Below are positions 63,285-64,000 of a stretch of DNA of 64,000 nt, in pieces; position 1 is the first letter of the stretch; the number at the start of each line of letters is the position of its first letter. The position numbers and the translations under genes are program-made. Below the pieces are notes generated by a model. The model was given only the letters and a program-made list of their open reading frames with translations. It ran no database searches and had not been told where the DNA came from. This DNA is from Lama glama (Eukaryota), in assembly GCA_028534125.1 (NCBI GenBank), contig CM052816.1, forward strand, positions 38,318,001 through 38,382,000, written 5' to 3'.

Positions 63285-64000
63285 TCTTTTTTTTTTTTTA
63301 ATCAAATTAGGAACATTTTTGGTGATAATTTCCACAAATAAATTTTGTTTCCTGCTTTTTTTTTTTTTTCAGGACTCCATTCAAACATCTTAATGGGCCA
63401 CTTGGAAAGCTGTTCCACAGGTGTATGTGGTTTTTTTTGTTTTGTTTTTAGGTTATTTCTCCCTGTTTTTTTCTTTTTAATTATTATTATTTTGGAGAAT
63501 TTTTTATAGCTTCAAATGTACTAATAGTATCCTCTGTAATATCCAATCTATTAATCCCTTTTAGCGATTTTTCTCAGACATTGTAGTTTTTATTTCTACA
63601 AGTTCCACGTGGGTATTGTTTATATTTTCCATTTATCTGCTCAACATGATCAGTCTCTCTTCTGTCTCTTACAATATATGGAATAGAGTTAACATAACTA
63701 TTTTAATGTCCTTGTTTTTTAATTCTAACGTCTATCATTTCTGGGTTGGTTTTGATTTAATGGATTTCCTCCTCTATAGGTCATATTTTTCTGCTTCTTT
63801 GGATGCCTTACAATTTTTTTTAATTATGTGCCATACACTGTAAATTTTACCTTGCTGAGTAGTATATATTTTTGTATTCCCATAATTATTCTTGAGCTTT
63901 GTGCTGGGACCCAGTTAACTTACCTGTAAATGGTCAGATCCTTTCAGTCTTCCTCTTAAGACTTGTTAAGTGGGACCAAGGCAGCATTTACTCTTGGGAT
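63285..64000 (-). mobile_element. Old L1M fragment (ORF1/5' region), runs to the window edge
   Basis: atcaaattaggaacattttt..ataatttccacaaat; gtcatattttctgcttctttggatgcc; taaattttaccttgctgagt. Confidence 0.7.

Overview
AT-rich mammalian genomic DNA, probably camelid. The evidence is one tRNA-Ala-derived SINE resembling camelid Vic-1, a young camelid-type L1 3' end, and no Alu, B1, Bov-A, PRE-1 or CanSINE copies. I found no convincing protein-coding exon; the ORF track is explained by chance ORFs, transposon remnants and GC-rich CpG-island frames. The window is a mosaic of old interspersed repeats (L1, L2, MIR, MaLR/ERVL LTRs, MER5, a full-length Tigger2-type element, a Zaphod hAT fragment) and repeat-poor unique blocks. 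A CpG island at about 62.3-62.8 kb looks like a promoter. It has a candidate minus-strand first exon, so most of the window may be the 5' intron(s) of a gene or lncRNA I cannot name. It also has a candidate divergent plus-strand exon and a back-to-back pair of CTCF motifs. Repeat names come from my recall of family consensus sequences and need confirming with RepeatMasker/Dfam. I found no evidence of a new biological system; the best leads are regulatory or structural.
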